Source: Opitutales bacterium (GTDB taxonomy: Bacteria > Verrucomicrobiota > Verrucomicrobiia > Opitutales > JAFGAQ01). From it: a DNA stretch of 64,000 nt. The stretch's first letter is position 1. Every line of letters begins with the position of its first letter. The position numbers were made by a program, and so were the translations under genes. Location: NCBI GenBank assembly GCA_033813415.1, contig JAPXRV010000009.1, positions 1,879-65,878 of the forward strand. Reading direction: 5' to 3'. Below are positions 30,527-39,563 of the stretch, piece after piece. Below the pieces are notes generated by a model. It made no database searches. It saw only the letters and a list, made by a program, of their open reading frames with translations, and had not been told where the DNA came from.

Positions 30527-30746
30527 CTGGGTTGGATAGGACGTTGGGATATAACCCACTCGCGTGATATTGTCTGCCGCGGGTAGGGATGAGAGTCCCC
30601 TCTTATCCGCCCTGCGATTGAACGGATGCTGGGGTATGGGAATAGGGTATGGCTGAAGCCATACCCTCCGGAAGAGGGCTCACTGGATGGGACAAAGAGT
30701 AAGGGAGGGCTAATGTTCGCCATTTGAGAGGTGGGAAGAAGATGCG
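30527..30746 (+). repeat. Dispersed non-coding element, copy 1 (homologous to 53515..53667)
   Basis: Shares co-linear exact blocks GGACGTTGGGATA, GCGGGTAGGG and AAGAGGGCTCACTGGA with copy 2; contains the hairpin AGGGTATGGC-tgaa-GCCATACCCT. Confidence 0.8.
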
Positions 30747-30827
30747 CATAGGTAGGGATGCTCCCGCTGCCAGGGGAGGTCGCTGTTATGGGATTGACCC
30801 AAGTGCCGGTTCTCATAGCGTCGGCTC

Positions 30828-32150
30828 ATGAGAATCCTCTTGATGGCTCCGCACCCGTTTTTTCAGGAGAGGGGTACCCCGATTGCCTGTCGGCTCCTTT
30901 GCGAAGCATTGTGCGAATCGGGGCATGAGGTGGATCTGCTGACCTACCATGAAGGCGAGGATGTGGTGATTCCCGGTCTGCGCATCCGGCGGATCCCCCG
31001 CATCCCGTTTGTGAAGGACATTCCGATCGGATTTTCTTTCAAGAAACTGGTCTGCGATGCTTTCATGTTTCCGGTCTTGCTTTGGCGGTTGGCATGGACC
31101 CGCTATGATGTGATTCATGCGAACGAGGAGTCGGTGTTTATGGCACTGGTGGTGAGGGCGTTTATGCGGAAACCGCTTGTGTATGACATGGATTCGTCCA
31201 TGGCGGAGCAACTCATGGAGAAGTGGGATGGCTTGCGCACGATCCGTTGGTTGCTTGAAGGATTCGAGCGCTTGGCCTTCCGGTATTCGGATGTGGTGAT
31301 GCCGGTGTGTGAGGATCTTGCTGCGAAAGTCAGGCGGATGGTTCCAGAGTCGATGCCGGTGGTGGTGGAGGACATCGCCTTGCCGGATGGTCCGCCCAAC
31401 GAGAAGGTGGACAACCTCAGGGGGCTGTGCGGACCCAATTGTCCGATTGTGTTGTATGTGGGCAATCTTGAAATCTATCAGGGGATGGATTTGCTGCTGG
31501 ATGCCGTTAGCCGGGTGCCGACGGAGTTGACATTCCGTTTATTTGTGATCGGCGGGGCGCCGGCGGCAGTCACGGCTTACGCAGCTGTGACAGAGGAGAA
31601 GAAGATTGCGGACCGGGTATTGTTCCTCGGAGCCCGGCCGGTGCGCCAGCTCAACCGCTACCTTGCCCAGGCGGATATTTTGGTTTCCCCCCGGATCAAG
31701 GGGCAGAACACGCCGATGAAAGTCTATTCATATTTGGCCTCGGGCAAGCCGGTGCTGGCGACACGCATCCGATCCCACACTCAGGCTATGGATGAGGCGT
31801 CCGCGTGTCTGGCGGATCCGCTTCCGGCCACTTTTGCCGCTGCGCTCACGAAGCTGATTCAGAATGATGAGATGCGTGAACAATACGGGCGGGCGGGAGC
31901 CGCGCTAGCTGCGGAACGGTATTCGATGCCCGCATTTCGCGACAAGGTGGCACAGGTCTATGAGCGGGTGGCTGAAGTGCTTGACCGTATGGAGGATGAG
32001 CGGCGCAAACCGGATGCTCCCCCACGCCCGAAACCCGGAAAGATTGTGTTTCCGGAGGAGCGGCGTCCGCCCGTGTTCAAGGTGACGAAACCTCGAGAGG
32101 GTGAAGTCGATCGTCCATCGTCCGACAAAATCCAGTTTCCGGGAGAATGA
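30828..32150 (+). CDS. Glycosyltransferase family 4
   Basis: MRILLMAPHPFFQERGTP, VLYVGNLEIYQG, ADILVSPR...PMKVYSYLASGKPV. Confidence 0.9.
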   Translation: MRILLMAPHPFFQERGTPIACRLLCEALCESGHEVDLLTYHEGEDVVIPGLRIRRIPRIPFVKDIPIGFSFKKLVCDAFMFPVLLWRLAWTRYDVIHANEESVFMALVVRAFMRKPLVYDMDSSMAEQLMEKWDGLRTIRWLLEGFERLAFRYSDVVMPVCEDLAAKVRRMVPESMPVVVEDIALPDGPPNEKVDNLRGLCGPNCPIVLYVGNLEIYQGMDLLLDAVSRVPTELTFRLFVIGGAPAAVTAYAAVTEEKKIADRVLFLGARPVRQLNRYLAQADILVSPRIKGQNTPMKVYSYLASGKPVLATRIRSHTQAMDEASACLADPLPATFAAALTKLIQNDEMREQYGRAGAALAAERYSMPAFRDKVAQVYERVAEVLDRMEDERRKPDAPPRPKPGKIVFPEERRPPVFKVTKPREGEVDRPSSDKIQFPGE

Positions 32151-33757
32151 AGCGGGATGTTGAGTGTTTAGGGAATACGCCTTTCGACGTGTTGGTCGTG
32201 GGCGGTGGCATCCATGGTGCAATTCTGGCGTGGGAAAGCGCGCGGGCGGGATTGCGGACCGCGCTGCTTGAAAAAGGGGACTTCGTGGGTGCGACCTCCG
32301 CAAACAGCCTGAAAATCCTCCACGGCGGTCTGCGCTATTTGCAGCACCTCGATTTTCCGCGGATGCGCCAGTCGATCCGCTCGCGTCGGGCGATCGCAGG
32401 ATTTGCGCCGCATCTGGTGCGTCCCCTGCCCTGTATGATTGCCACACACGGGATGGGCATCAAGAGCCGGCTCGCGATGGGGGTCGCGCTCTGGATGAAT
32501 GACTGCGTGAGCGCTGACCGTAACAAAGGGCTTCCACCGGCAGTGCATCTGCCTCGTGGACGATTGATCCGTAAGAAAGACTATCTGGAGCGGCTCAAAG
32601 GGGCGGCGGATCCTCATTCGAGTGGGGCCGCGCTTTGGTATGATTACCTTTGTCTGGACACTGAACGGCTGGTGTTGGCCTACTTGAGCGAAGCGGCAGC
32701 CGCAGGAGCGTGCATCTGCAACTACGCTGAAGTGGAGTCCATCGACTCCGGTGATGCCCCGGGAGAGAGACGGGTGACGGTTCGGGATGAGTTGTCTGGC
32801 GCCTCGTTTGGGGTTCGGGCGAAGGTCGTCGTGTTGGCGATGGGCCCATGGCCAGCGAAACGGCTCCTCGGGGAGACGGTTTTGCCGGACGATGTGCCGC
32901 TCGCAAAGGGGGTGAACCTCGTGGTTGATCGTCCATGGATCGGAGCCGAAGCCGCTGGAGTGGAGGGTGTGATTGATTCCGGAAACGGACAACCCGCCAA
33001 GCGCTTCTTCTTCCTGGTGCCATGGAAAGGACGGACGATGATTGGCACCACTTACACGGTATCGTCGATTGAGGCGCACCCGCCGGTTGTGAGCGCTACC
33101 GAGCTGGATTCGATTGTCGATGGCGTGAACAGACTGGTACCTGGCTTCGGGTTGAAGCCGGACGAGATCAGTCATGTGCATGCAGGGCTATTGCCAATCA
33201 TCACTACGCAGGGGGATCCGTCGAAGAAGCTTCAGCGCCATTCCCATGTGGCGATGCCGCGTCCGGGTGTGCTGCGGATCGACAGCGTGAAATTTACGAC
33301 GGCTCCCGAGATTGCCCGCATTGTGCTGAGGGCTATCGGCAAGGTATTGGAGATCAAGGCCAGTCCAAAGCCTTTGGAATTACCTCAGGCATCGATGCAT
33401 GCTGCTCCCGACGGGGTTTCTGAGGTTGTTTGGATGCGCCTGTCTGAACGTTACGGTTCCCTTGCAGCCAGAGTTTTGGAATGGGCATCTTCCCATCCGG
33501 AATGGCTCCAACCGGTATCTCCGGAGGAAAGCGTCTTGCGGGTCGAGGTGATGTATGCCTTGCGCGAGGAAATGGCGGTCTCGCTTTGCGATCTCCTGTT
33601 CCGGAGGCTCGATGTGGGTTCGACCCATACTCCATCCGAAGCGTGGTTTTCCGCGTTGGGTGACCTGCTGACATCCGACGCCGGATGGGATAAGGATCGC
33701 TTGGCCAAAGAAATTGAATCCGTCAAGGCGTGTTTTGCCCGGATGGGCTGCGCATAG
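32147..33757 (+). CDS. FAD-dependent glycerol-3-phosphate dehydrogenase-like oxidoreductase (GlpA/GlpD family)
   Basis: VVGGGIHG, LEKGDF...TSANSLKILHGGLRYLQ, PWKGRTMIGTT, C-terminal RLDVG; ATGA overlap with the GT4 gene. Confidence 0.88.
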   Translation: MKRDVECLGNTPFDVLVVGGGIHGAILAWESARAGLRTALLEKGDFVGATSANSLKILHGGLRYLQHLDFPRMRQSIRSRRAIAGFAPHLVRPLPCMIATHGMGIKSRLAMGVALWMNDCVSADRNKGLPPAVHLPRGRLIRKKDYLERLKGAADPHSSGAALWYDYLCLDTERLVLAYLSEAAAAGACICNYAEVESIDSGDAPGERRVTVRDELSGASFGVRAKVVVLAMGPWPAKRLLGETVLPDDVPLAKGVNLVVDRPWIGAEAAGVEGVIDSGNGQPAKRFFFLVPWKGRTMIGTTYTVSSIEAHPPVVSATELDSIVDGVNRLVPGFGLKPDEISHVHAGLLPIITTQGDPSKKLQRHSHVAMPRPGVLRIDSVKFTTAPEIARIVLRAIGKVLEIKASPKPLELPQASMHAAPDGVSEVVWMRLSERYGSLAARVLEWASSHPEWLQPVSPEESVLRVEVMYALREEMAVSLCDLLFRRLDVGSTHTPSEAWFSALGDLLTSDAGWDKDRLAKEIESVKACFARMGCA

Positions 33758-33819
33758 CATTGCCGGACTGGCCCGTTGATACGGCTTCAGTCCGGCTTTT
33801 CCGGGGCACCCCGGAAACC

Positions 33820-35589
33820 TTAGCGCTGAATTCTGAAGGCGCGGTATTCGTGCGGAGGCAACATGATCGGAAACACGGTTTGGTCTCCACGTGCCTGTGC
33901 CTGGATGGTTTCACCGCTGTGGAGGTCGACGATGGATTTGGCAGTGACCTTCGGGACGGCCGTCACGAGTTGCCGCTCGTCGAGGAACGAGTGAACGATA
34001 AAAGTGTCGTTGTCGTAGAGGAAGAGCCCGATCCGGCTTTCCGCCTCGAGGGTCAGGGGCATTTCGGCGTTGAGAACCCGTTTGATCCATGTGAGGGCCT
34101 GGGCGGGGAGATCATAGAGGTCGTTGAAGTTGTCCGGGATCGTCAGCACGTAGAGCATGCCGGACGAGTAGTTGGCCTGCAGCAGTAAAGGGTAACCATT
34201 CCCCTGATCGTAGGCAGTGACAACCTCCCAACTGTCGTTGGTGGGGTAGATAATCTGCGGGATCAGGATGTCGCGTGGTCCTTCCACCGTAGTCCTAAAA
34301 TCGGAAAAGGTATGGGAGATTGATTTGCGGTCCGTCACACGCAGATCGACGATGGATTCGAGTCCCTTGCCTTCCAAGGCCTTGGCGAGTCCGGAGGTGA
34401 TGACCACTTTTTTCCCTTCGGAGAGGCTTTTCTTGATCTTGATGAGGATTTCAGGATCCTTTGCGCAGCCCTGCGTGAGGAGGATCGTATGAGCGCCTTC
34501 GGGATAGGACGGGACCATTTCGATGGGAAGCCCGATCATGCCCAGGAACTGGTGAAGGAAGTCCTCTCCGACCGAGTGGTAGGGCCGATAGGCTGGAATT
34601 CCGACCGGATTGCCAAGATGGGGCAGGATGTGATCCGCTTTTTCGAGGACGTAGCCTGCCACAGGTGCGACCGGGCTCATGATCCCGGTGGTGCCATCGG
34701 AGCGCAGCATTTCGTCGGTGATGACATGTATCGCAAAGAGCGTGATTTCCTTTGGTTTGGCGAATGCCGTGAGAGAAATCTGCTCGCCATAGCGATCGAG
34801 GTGATTGCGTCCGTAGGGGTCAATCCAGCCCCCGCCGGTGCGGCCCGGGGCGATATTTTCGAAATACCGCATGATCCCGTAGCTCTGATAAGGTTGAAGG
34901 TGTTGATGGGAAACATTTCCATCGCGGGTTTCGGTGCCCGTGTAGATGCCATCGAAGAACAGCGGTTCCTCTTCCAGGTTAAACCCAAGATAGTGGAAGT
35001 GCTCATACCAGTTCGGGTATTTGATGATTACCTTAACCTTCGGATTGACTGCTTTTGCCGCGTTGACGATCCCGGTCCGTGAGAAGTCGGTGAGCTGCTT
35101 CATTCGGAAGTCAGCCCATGACCGGCTGCCCTTCTCCTGAATGCAAAGGTCACATTTGCAGTTGGTGAAGTAGAAGTCGTCGAGGATGATCTCATCAAAA
35201 AGGGAGGCGGTGAAGGTGACGATGTCCCGCACCTGTTTGCGTTGTTCCGGATCGGAGTAGCAGAACGCGCGAAAATGATCCGGTTCGCTGCGGACCAAGG
35301 TGATGCCACCGGCGACCTCGATGCCTCTGGACTCAAGGTAGGACTTCGCTTTGAGCACAGTCTCCTTATCGGCGATCACGAGATCGCGATGCGTTTCGAT
35401 GTAGAATTTTTCCACATGCATGAACCGTTCGAGGTAGTCGATTCTCCGGGCCAGCCAATCGGTGTCTTTCATCTGAACCGTTTCGTGGACACGGCTGTAG
35501 ACCGAAAGATCGAAGGATTCGTAGCCTCCGGCGGGAAGCGAAGCCAGCAGAACCCTAGCTGCCAGCAAGCACAGAATGGACTTTCTCAT
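33820..35589 (-). CDS. Secreted hypothetical protein, probable glycoside-hydrolase-like TIM barrel
   Basis: Signal peptide; ILDDFYFTNCKCDLC...W..FR; IIKYPNWYEH; C-terminal beta-sandwich-like region. Confidence 0.6.
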   Translation of the reverse strand: MRKSILCLLAARVLLASLPAGGYESFDLSVYSRVHETVQMKDTDWLARRIDYLERFMHVEKFYIETHRDLVIADKETVLKAKSYLESRGIEVAGGITLVRSEPDHFRAFCYSDPEQRKQVRDIVTFTASLFDEIILDDFYFTNCKCDLCIQEKGSRSWADFRMKQLTDFSRTGIVNAAKAVNPKVKVIIKYPNWYEHFHYLGFNLEEEPLFFDGIYTGTETRDGNVSHQHLQPYQSYGIMRYFENIAPGRTGGGWIDPYGRNHLDRYGEQISLTAFAKPKEITLFAIHVITDEMLRSDGTTGIMSPVAPVAGYVLEKADHILPHLGNPVGIPAYRPYHSVGEDFLHQFLGMIGLPIEMVPSYPEGAHTILLTQGCAKDPEILIKIKKSLSEGKKVVITSGLAKALEGKGLESIVDLRVTDRKSISHTFSDFRTTVEGPRDILIPQIIYPTNDSWEVVTAYDQGNGYPLLLQANYSSGMLYVLTIPDNFNDLYDLPAQALTWIKRVLNAEMPLTLEAESRIGLFLYDNDTFIVHSFLDERQLVTAVPKVTAKSIVDLHSGETIQAQARGDQTVFPIMLPPHEYRAFRIQR

Positions 35590-35694
35590 GATGGGATGGG
35601 TTGGGTGGGGATTGGGTTCCGGCAGGGGGTTGTGCCATCGTCCGGAAATGTGTGTGGGACTTCGATCAATGGATACAAAAAGAAGGGAGCGGAA

Positions 35695-38679
35695 TCAATT
35701 CCCATTGCCGGTTTCGTTTTGCACCGGTTGCATGCATGGTTGTGCAGAAGGAATCGATTTTGCCAGATCCCCGACCCGTGGAACTTTGGGAGGCCATGCG
35801 AGCTGAAAATCGCGACGACTCCGCGTCAGATTCGAATTGTAGGAAGGGTCGTTATCAATGATGTGACCCCACCGCTGACGCATGTCGACCTCATCCTCTC
35901 TTATACGGGATGGGCCAGCCATTGCTGTTTTTAAGGAAGCATCATCCGCGGAGTCATGCAATACAACAGAGGCAAACGGCGTCCAAATATTCCGCAATCC
36001 CAATTCGAATTTTGTTCTGAGGCAGAAATCCACATCCCAGAACGACTCGTTCAGAGGCGCGGTGGATTGAGAACAAACCGCTCTGAAGATGCTTTTTCGG
36101 GTTGCCAAGCATTTTCCGCTAACTGCGGAGTAGGACTGCGCGAGTTGTGCCCTTCCCATGTGTCCAAGATCCCATTCACTGATTCCTTGAAATGCGTTTG
36201 AAGCAATCCCAGCAACTCCAAGAATCGTTCCAGCGTGCCAGATGGTGTGATCCGGTTTAAGGATACGAAGTCCGACAGCGCCCACTTCGTCCCGTCCTGT
36301 TTGTCCAACCAGTTCCTCAAGCCAAGTCGGGTCGGATACTTCACAATAAGGGTCGAGAAAGATCAAAACATCGGCGTTAGATTCAGCGCTGATCTTTGAT
36401 ATCACATGGATTAATGGGAAGCTATGAAGTTTCCTAACCCCAACTCTTCCGTTATTCTGAATCTCAGCAAGGTATTGAAACACGAGATTGTCTCCCGTGT
36501 TTCGATCGATAATCATGATGTCAAAGTTACTATAGTCCGTTCGATTGAGAACGCTATCCACACATCGCCTCAGAGTAATGAAGTCGCTACCCGAATCGAT
36601 CAGGATGGTGGTGGAGATACGCCTTTTTACCGGATATCGCACACGGAAGGATCCCGACCAGGGACCGTTTTCAACGATCGCCGCAACACGGTTTACCCTT
36701 AGGTGCTTTTCGATAGCCGCCTTTGCTGCGATCGCCGCATATGGTTTGGCTTCGATTGAATGGGATGTGGATGTGTTCACATACCGCCAGTGATACAGTA
36801 TGCGAGGAATATGGTGAATGGTCGAGTGGTCGACATTCCTAGACACAGTTAGGGCAAGATCCCAGTCTTGCGAGCCTGATAGGGTTTCATCAAATCCTCC
36901 AATTGTGTCCAATACCTTGCGTCTGTATACCCCGAGGTGGGAGACACAGTTGTGGCTGAGAAGGAGATCAGGGTTCCAGTCGGGCTTGAAATACGGATCA
37001 AACCGGTTGTCGTCCGGATCAATCTTATCTTCATCGGAGAATATCAAGGTGGCGTCGGGGTGCCTGTTGATGCATTCGACGACCCAGAATATGGCATCTG
37101 GCGAAAGTGTGTCATCATGGTCCAGAAGTGCACAAAACTCCCCTGAAGCCAACGACAGAGCGGTGTTGGACGCTGCTGATATGTGACCGGTATTGTCCCG
37201 GAAGCGGATGATGATTCTCGGATCTCTAGACGCGTAGTCGTGCATAACCTCGCGGACATCTGGATTGGTTGAAGCATCATCTACGAGTATGAGCTCCCAT
37301 TGAGGATACCACTGGCCGATAACAGATTCGATGGTCAACGCGAGGAATTTTACATTAGTATTGAAGACAGGAACCAGTACCGAGATAGTTGGAAGAAGGG
37401 AGAACCTGTCGATGATCCGTTTGGCGGTTTCCGCATCGTTCTTATCAGGCGTGTCGTAAAGTGAGACCCATGTCTGGTAGTCTTGGTCTGCCTGTCCCCT
37501 GGGTGCGGAATGCACTCCCATGTTAACCACGGTTCGCCGGAATATCTCCAGTATCTGGTGGTCGGCAAATTCAGCTTCGACCGATATGACATTCACTCCT
37601 GAGGCCGTTTCAAGCTCACACGAGAAACCACAGCATGGATCACAAATGATCTGTCCCTCAAACTGTTTGACGACATCCATTCGTCTTTTCCCGATCACGC
37701 AAGGCTCCTTAATGCCATTACAAATAACCCAGACTTTGGCTGGAACCTTTCCGGTTTCGTCAAGAATCCATCCGGCTACATGAACCTTGTAACCCGCGTA
37801 ACGGGTGACCATCGCATTCGGGCAGTCGAGACCCGCGTGATACCTCTTATCCTGATCCGGGCATAGGTCGGAAAACGCTGGCCCTGTCTGATTTGGTAAT
37901 TGCGGAAGGGGCGGCATCGGTGGGACCTCGACGTTTCCTGTGTTTGGATGCTCAGGGACATTGAATGAAGACAGCTCAATAGGAAGAGGTCTTTGGATAG
38001 AGTTTCGATCCGAAAGTGGTTTCGTCAGACCAAGGATCTTGCAGATCCGATATCCCAGGCTGCGTTGAATGGATCGGCGTTTTTCCAACTCTCTCTGGTA
38101 TCTTGACTCGTGATAGGATTCAAGATCACCGAGGTATCTGCGCCAGTTCAGTTCTCTGTTCTCATGTTCCCGGTTACGGGATTCAATGATCGCCAGGATG
38201 TCCTTCCTTTGCTGAAGTTGTTGGTTGATTATCTGTTGTAGGAGGCTGGCACGGTCAGCCCATATTTGTGCAATCCCTTCCCAGTAGCTCACAGCCCGTT
38301 CTCTATGGGACAACAGGTTTTCGAGCTCACGAATGTGGAATCCCAGATGCCCGTTGACCCTGTGGAGATTTTGCCACTTGCGTTGCAAGAGCAGCGAAGA
38401 ATGTTGTTCCTGCTCGAGAATTTCTACAACCCGGTTCAGGCATCGTTCACATGATTTGAGATTCTGGTGTTGTTCCATGAGCTTCTCGATGAGGTCTGAG
38501 TCGAGAATAGATGGAGAGGAGATTGGGGATTGAGGACTCTTGTGGTTCCACGAATCTTCGGTGGCTGACAGAGCGTTGTTCATGTGGAAGCTTTTTCCGT
38601 CAATGTGTTTGGACGGATGGAGTATTGGTTGAGGAAGGTAAGGGAGATAGTTTTCGAATTCCCTTGCGCGGGAACTCAT
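35695..38679 (-). CDS. Large glycosyltransferase family 2 protein (two GT2 domains plus N-terminal coiled coil), surface polysaccharide synthesis
   Basis: ISVLVPVFNT, LVDDAS, LLDHDD, GSQDWDL, HIPRILYHWR; second GT2 domain ending DPSYNSNL. Start uncertain (38679 or 38583). Confidence 0.88.
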   Translation of the reverse strand: MSSRAREFENYLPYLPQPILHPSKHIDGKSFHMNNALSATEDSWNHKSPQSPISSPSILDSDLIEKLMEQHQNLKSCERCLNRVVEILEQEQHSSLLLQRKWQNLHRVNGHLGFHIRELENLLSHRERAVSYWEGIAQIWADRASLLQQIINQQLQQRKDILAIIESRNREHENRELNWRRYLGDLESYHESRYQRELEKRRSIQRSLGYRICKILGLTKPLSDRNSIQRPLPIELSSFNVPEHPNTGNVEVPPMPPLPQLPNQTGPAFSDLCPDQDKRYHAGLDCPNAMVTRYAGYKVHVAGWILDETGKVPAKVWVICNGIKEPCVIGKRRMDVVKQFEGQIICDPCCGFSCELETASGVNVISVEAEFADHQILEIFRRTVVNMGVHSAPRGQADQDYQTWVSLYDTPDKNDAETAKRIIDRFSLLPTISVLVPVFNTNVKFLALTIESVIGQWYPQWELILVDDASTNPDVREVMHDYASRDPRIIIRFRDNTGHISAASNTALSLASGEFCALLDHDDTLSPDAIFWVVECINRHPDATLIFSDEDKIDPDDNRFDPYFKPDWNPDLLLSHNCVSHLGVYRRKVLDTIGGFDETLSGSQDWDLALTVSRNVDHSTIHHIPRILYHWRYVNTSTSHSIEAKPYAAIAAKAAIEKHLRVNRVAAIVENGPWSGSFRVRYPVKRRISTTILIDSGSDFITLRRCVDSVLNRTDYSNFDIMIIDRNTGDNLVFQYLAEIQNNGRVGVRKLHSFPLIHVISKISAESNADVLIFLDPYCEVSDPTWLEELVGQTGRDEVGAVGLRILKPDHTIWHAGTILGVAGIASNAFQGISEWDLGHMGRAQLAQSYSAVSGKCLATRKSIFRAVCSQSTAPLNESFWDVDFCLRTKFELGLRNIWTPFASVVLHDSADDASLKTAMAGPSRIREDEVDMRQRWGHIIDNDPSYNSNLTRSRRDFQLAWPPKVPRVGDLAKSIPSAQPCMQPVQNETGNGN

Positions 38680-38766
38680 GAGAACCTAGGAATCAAAAGA
38701 CTGAACTGGTTATAACGTAGAAACCTTATATATTGTTCTAATAATCCAGTAGAAATTGAGATTGCA

Positions 38767-39402
38767 ATGAAAAACAGCTCTGTGCGAGGCGGTGGACGTC
38801 CCCCGAAGTTTCAAGAGGCCTCAAAGCCTGTGACATTGACACTGCCTGAGCGAACTCTGGAGAAGCTTGAACAGGTTGACCCGGACCGTGCGAAAGCGAT
38901 TGTCAAGCTGGTTGATCATGCCGTGCAAAACCTGCTATGCGAGCCTCAATCTGTAGAGGTAGCCCCAAGGATACATTTGTTGATGGTGCCTTCCACTCCA
39001 ATCCTCAATCGATTGGAATGGATTCGGCTGATCGAAGTGTCTCCGGGTCGATTTCTCGTGACTCTTGAGCCCGGAACCTCCAATGAAAAGATTGAGGTGG
39101 CTCTGAGTGATCTGATCGAAGGCGGGGCTGCTCAATCACCGGTGGAGCTGCAGACTCTGTTAGCTATTCGAAAACACCTTACCCAAATGAGGCGCAGTGA
39201 CGCGATTTCCCGGGCGGAGATTCTGGTTTTTCAAGCCTCCGGCTCAGATGTTGGTAACGCGATGCGGAACAGCCAAACTGGTGCGGGTTCGGGGCTGATA
39301 AAGAACGGATTGGTTCAATTGATTGCAGGATCGGAGCTGGGTCATATCCTAATGGGGGTGGATGGGTTGGCTTGGTTTCCGTTGATCGAACGACTTGTAT
39401 GA
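38767..39402 (+). CDS. Hypothetical protein with N-terminal ribbon-helix-helix-like segment, possible regulator
   Basis: GGGRPPKF...PVTLTLPERTLEKLEQVDPDRAKAIVKLV (AT-hook-like GRP plus beta-alpha-alpha pattern); divergent from the GT2 gene. Confidence 0.6.
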   Translation: MKNSSVRGGGRPPKFQEASKPVTLTLPERTLEKLEQVDPDRAKAIVKLVDHAVQNLLCEPQSVEVAPRIHLLMVPSTPILNRLEWIRLIEVSPGRFLVTLEPGTSNEKIEVALSDLIEGGAAQSPVELQTLLAIRKHLTQMRRSDAISRAEILVFQASGSDVGNAMRNSQTGAGSGLIKNGLVQLIAGSELGHILMGVDGLAWFPLIERLV

Positions 39403-39563
39403 GTTGTTACGTACCAATCGCGTTCTGTAATCTCCAGAAATCTGAATTGGAGAGTCAGGATTGTGGGATAACTGCAGGATCAGTGATCCCACCTGGAAAA
39501 GAATAGCGTTGCAGTTGTCTGCCGCAGGACGTTTTCTCCACTTGTTACGTCCTTTTGTCACCC

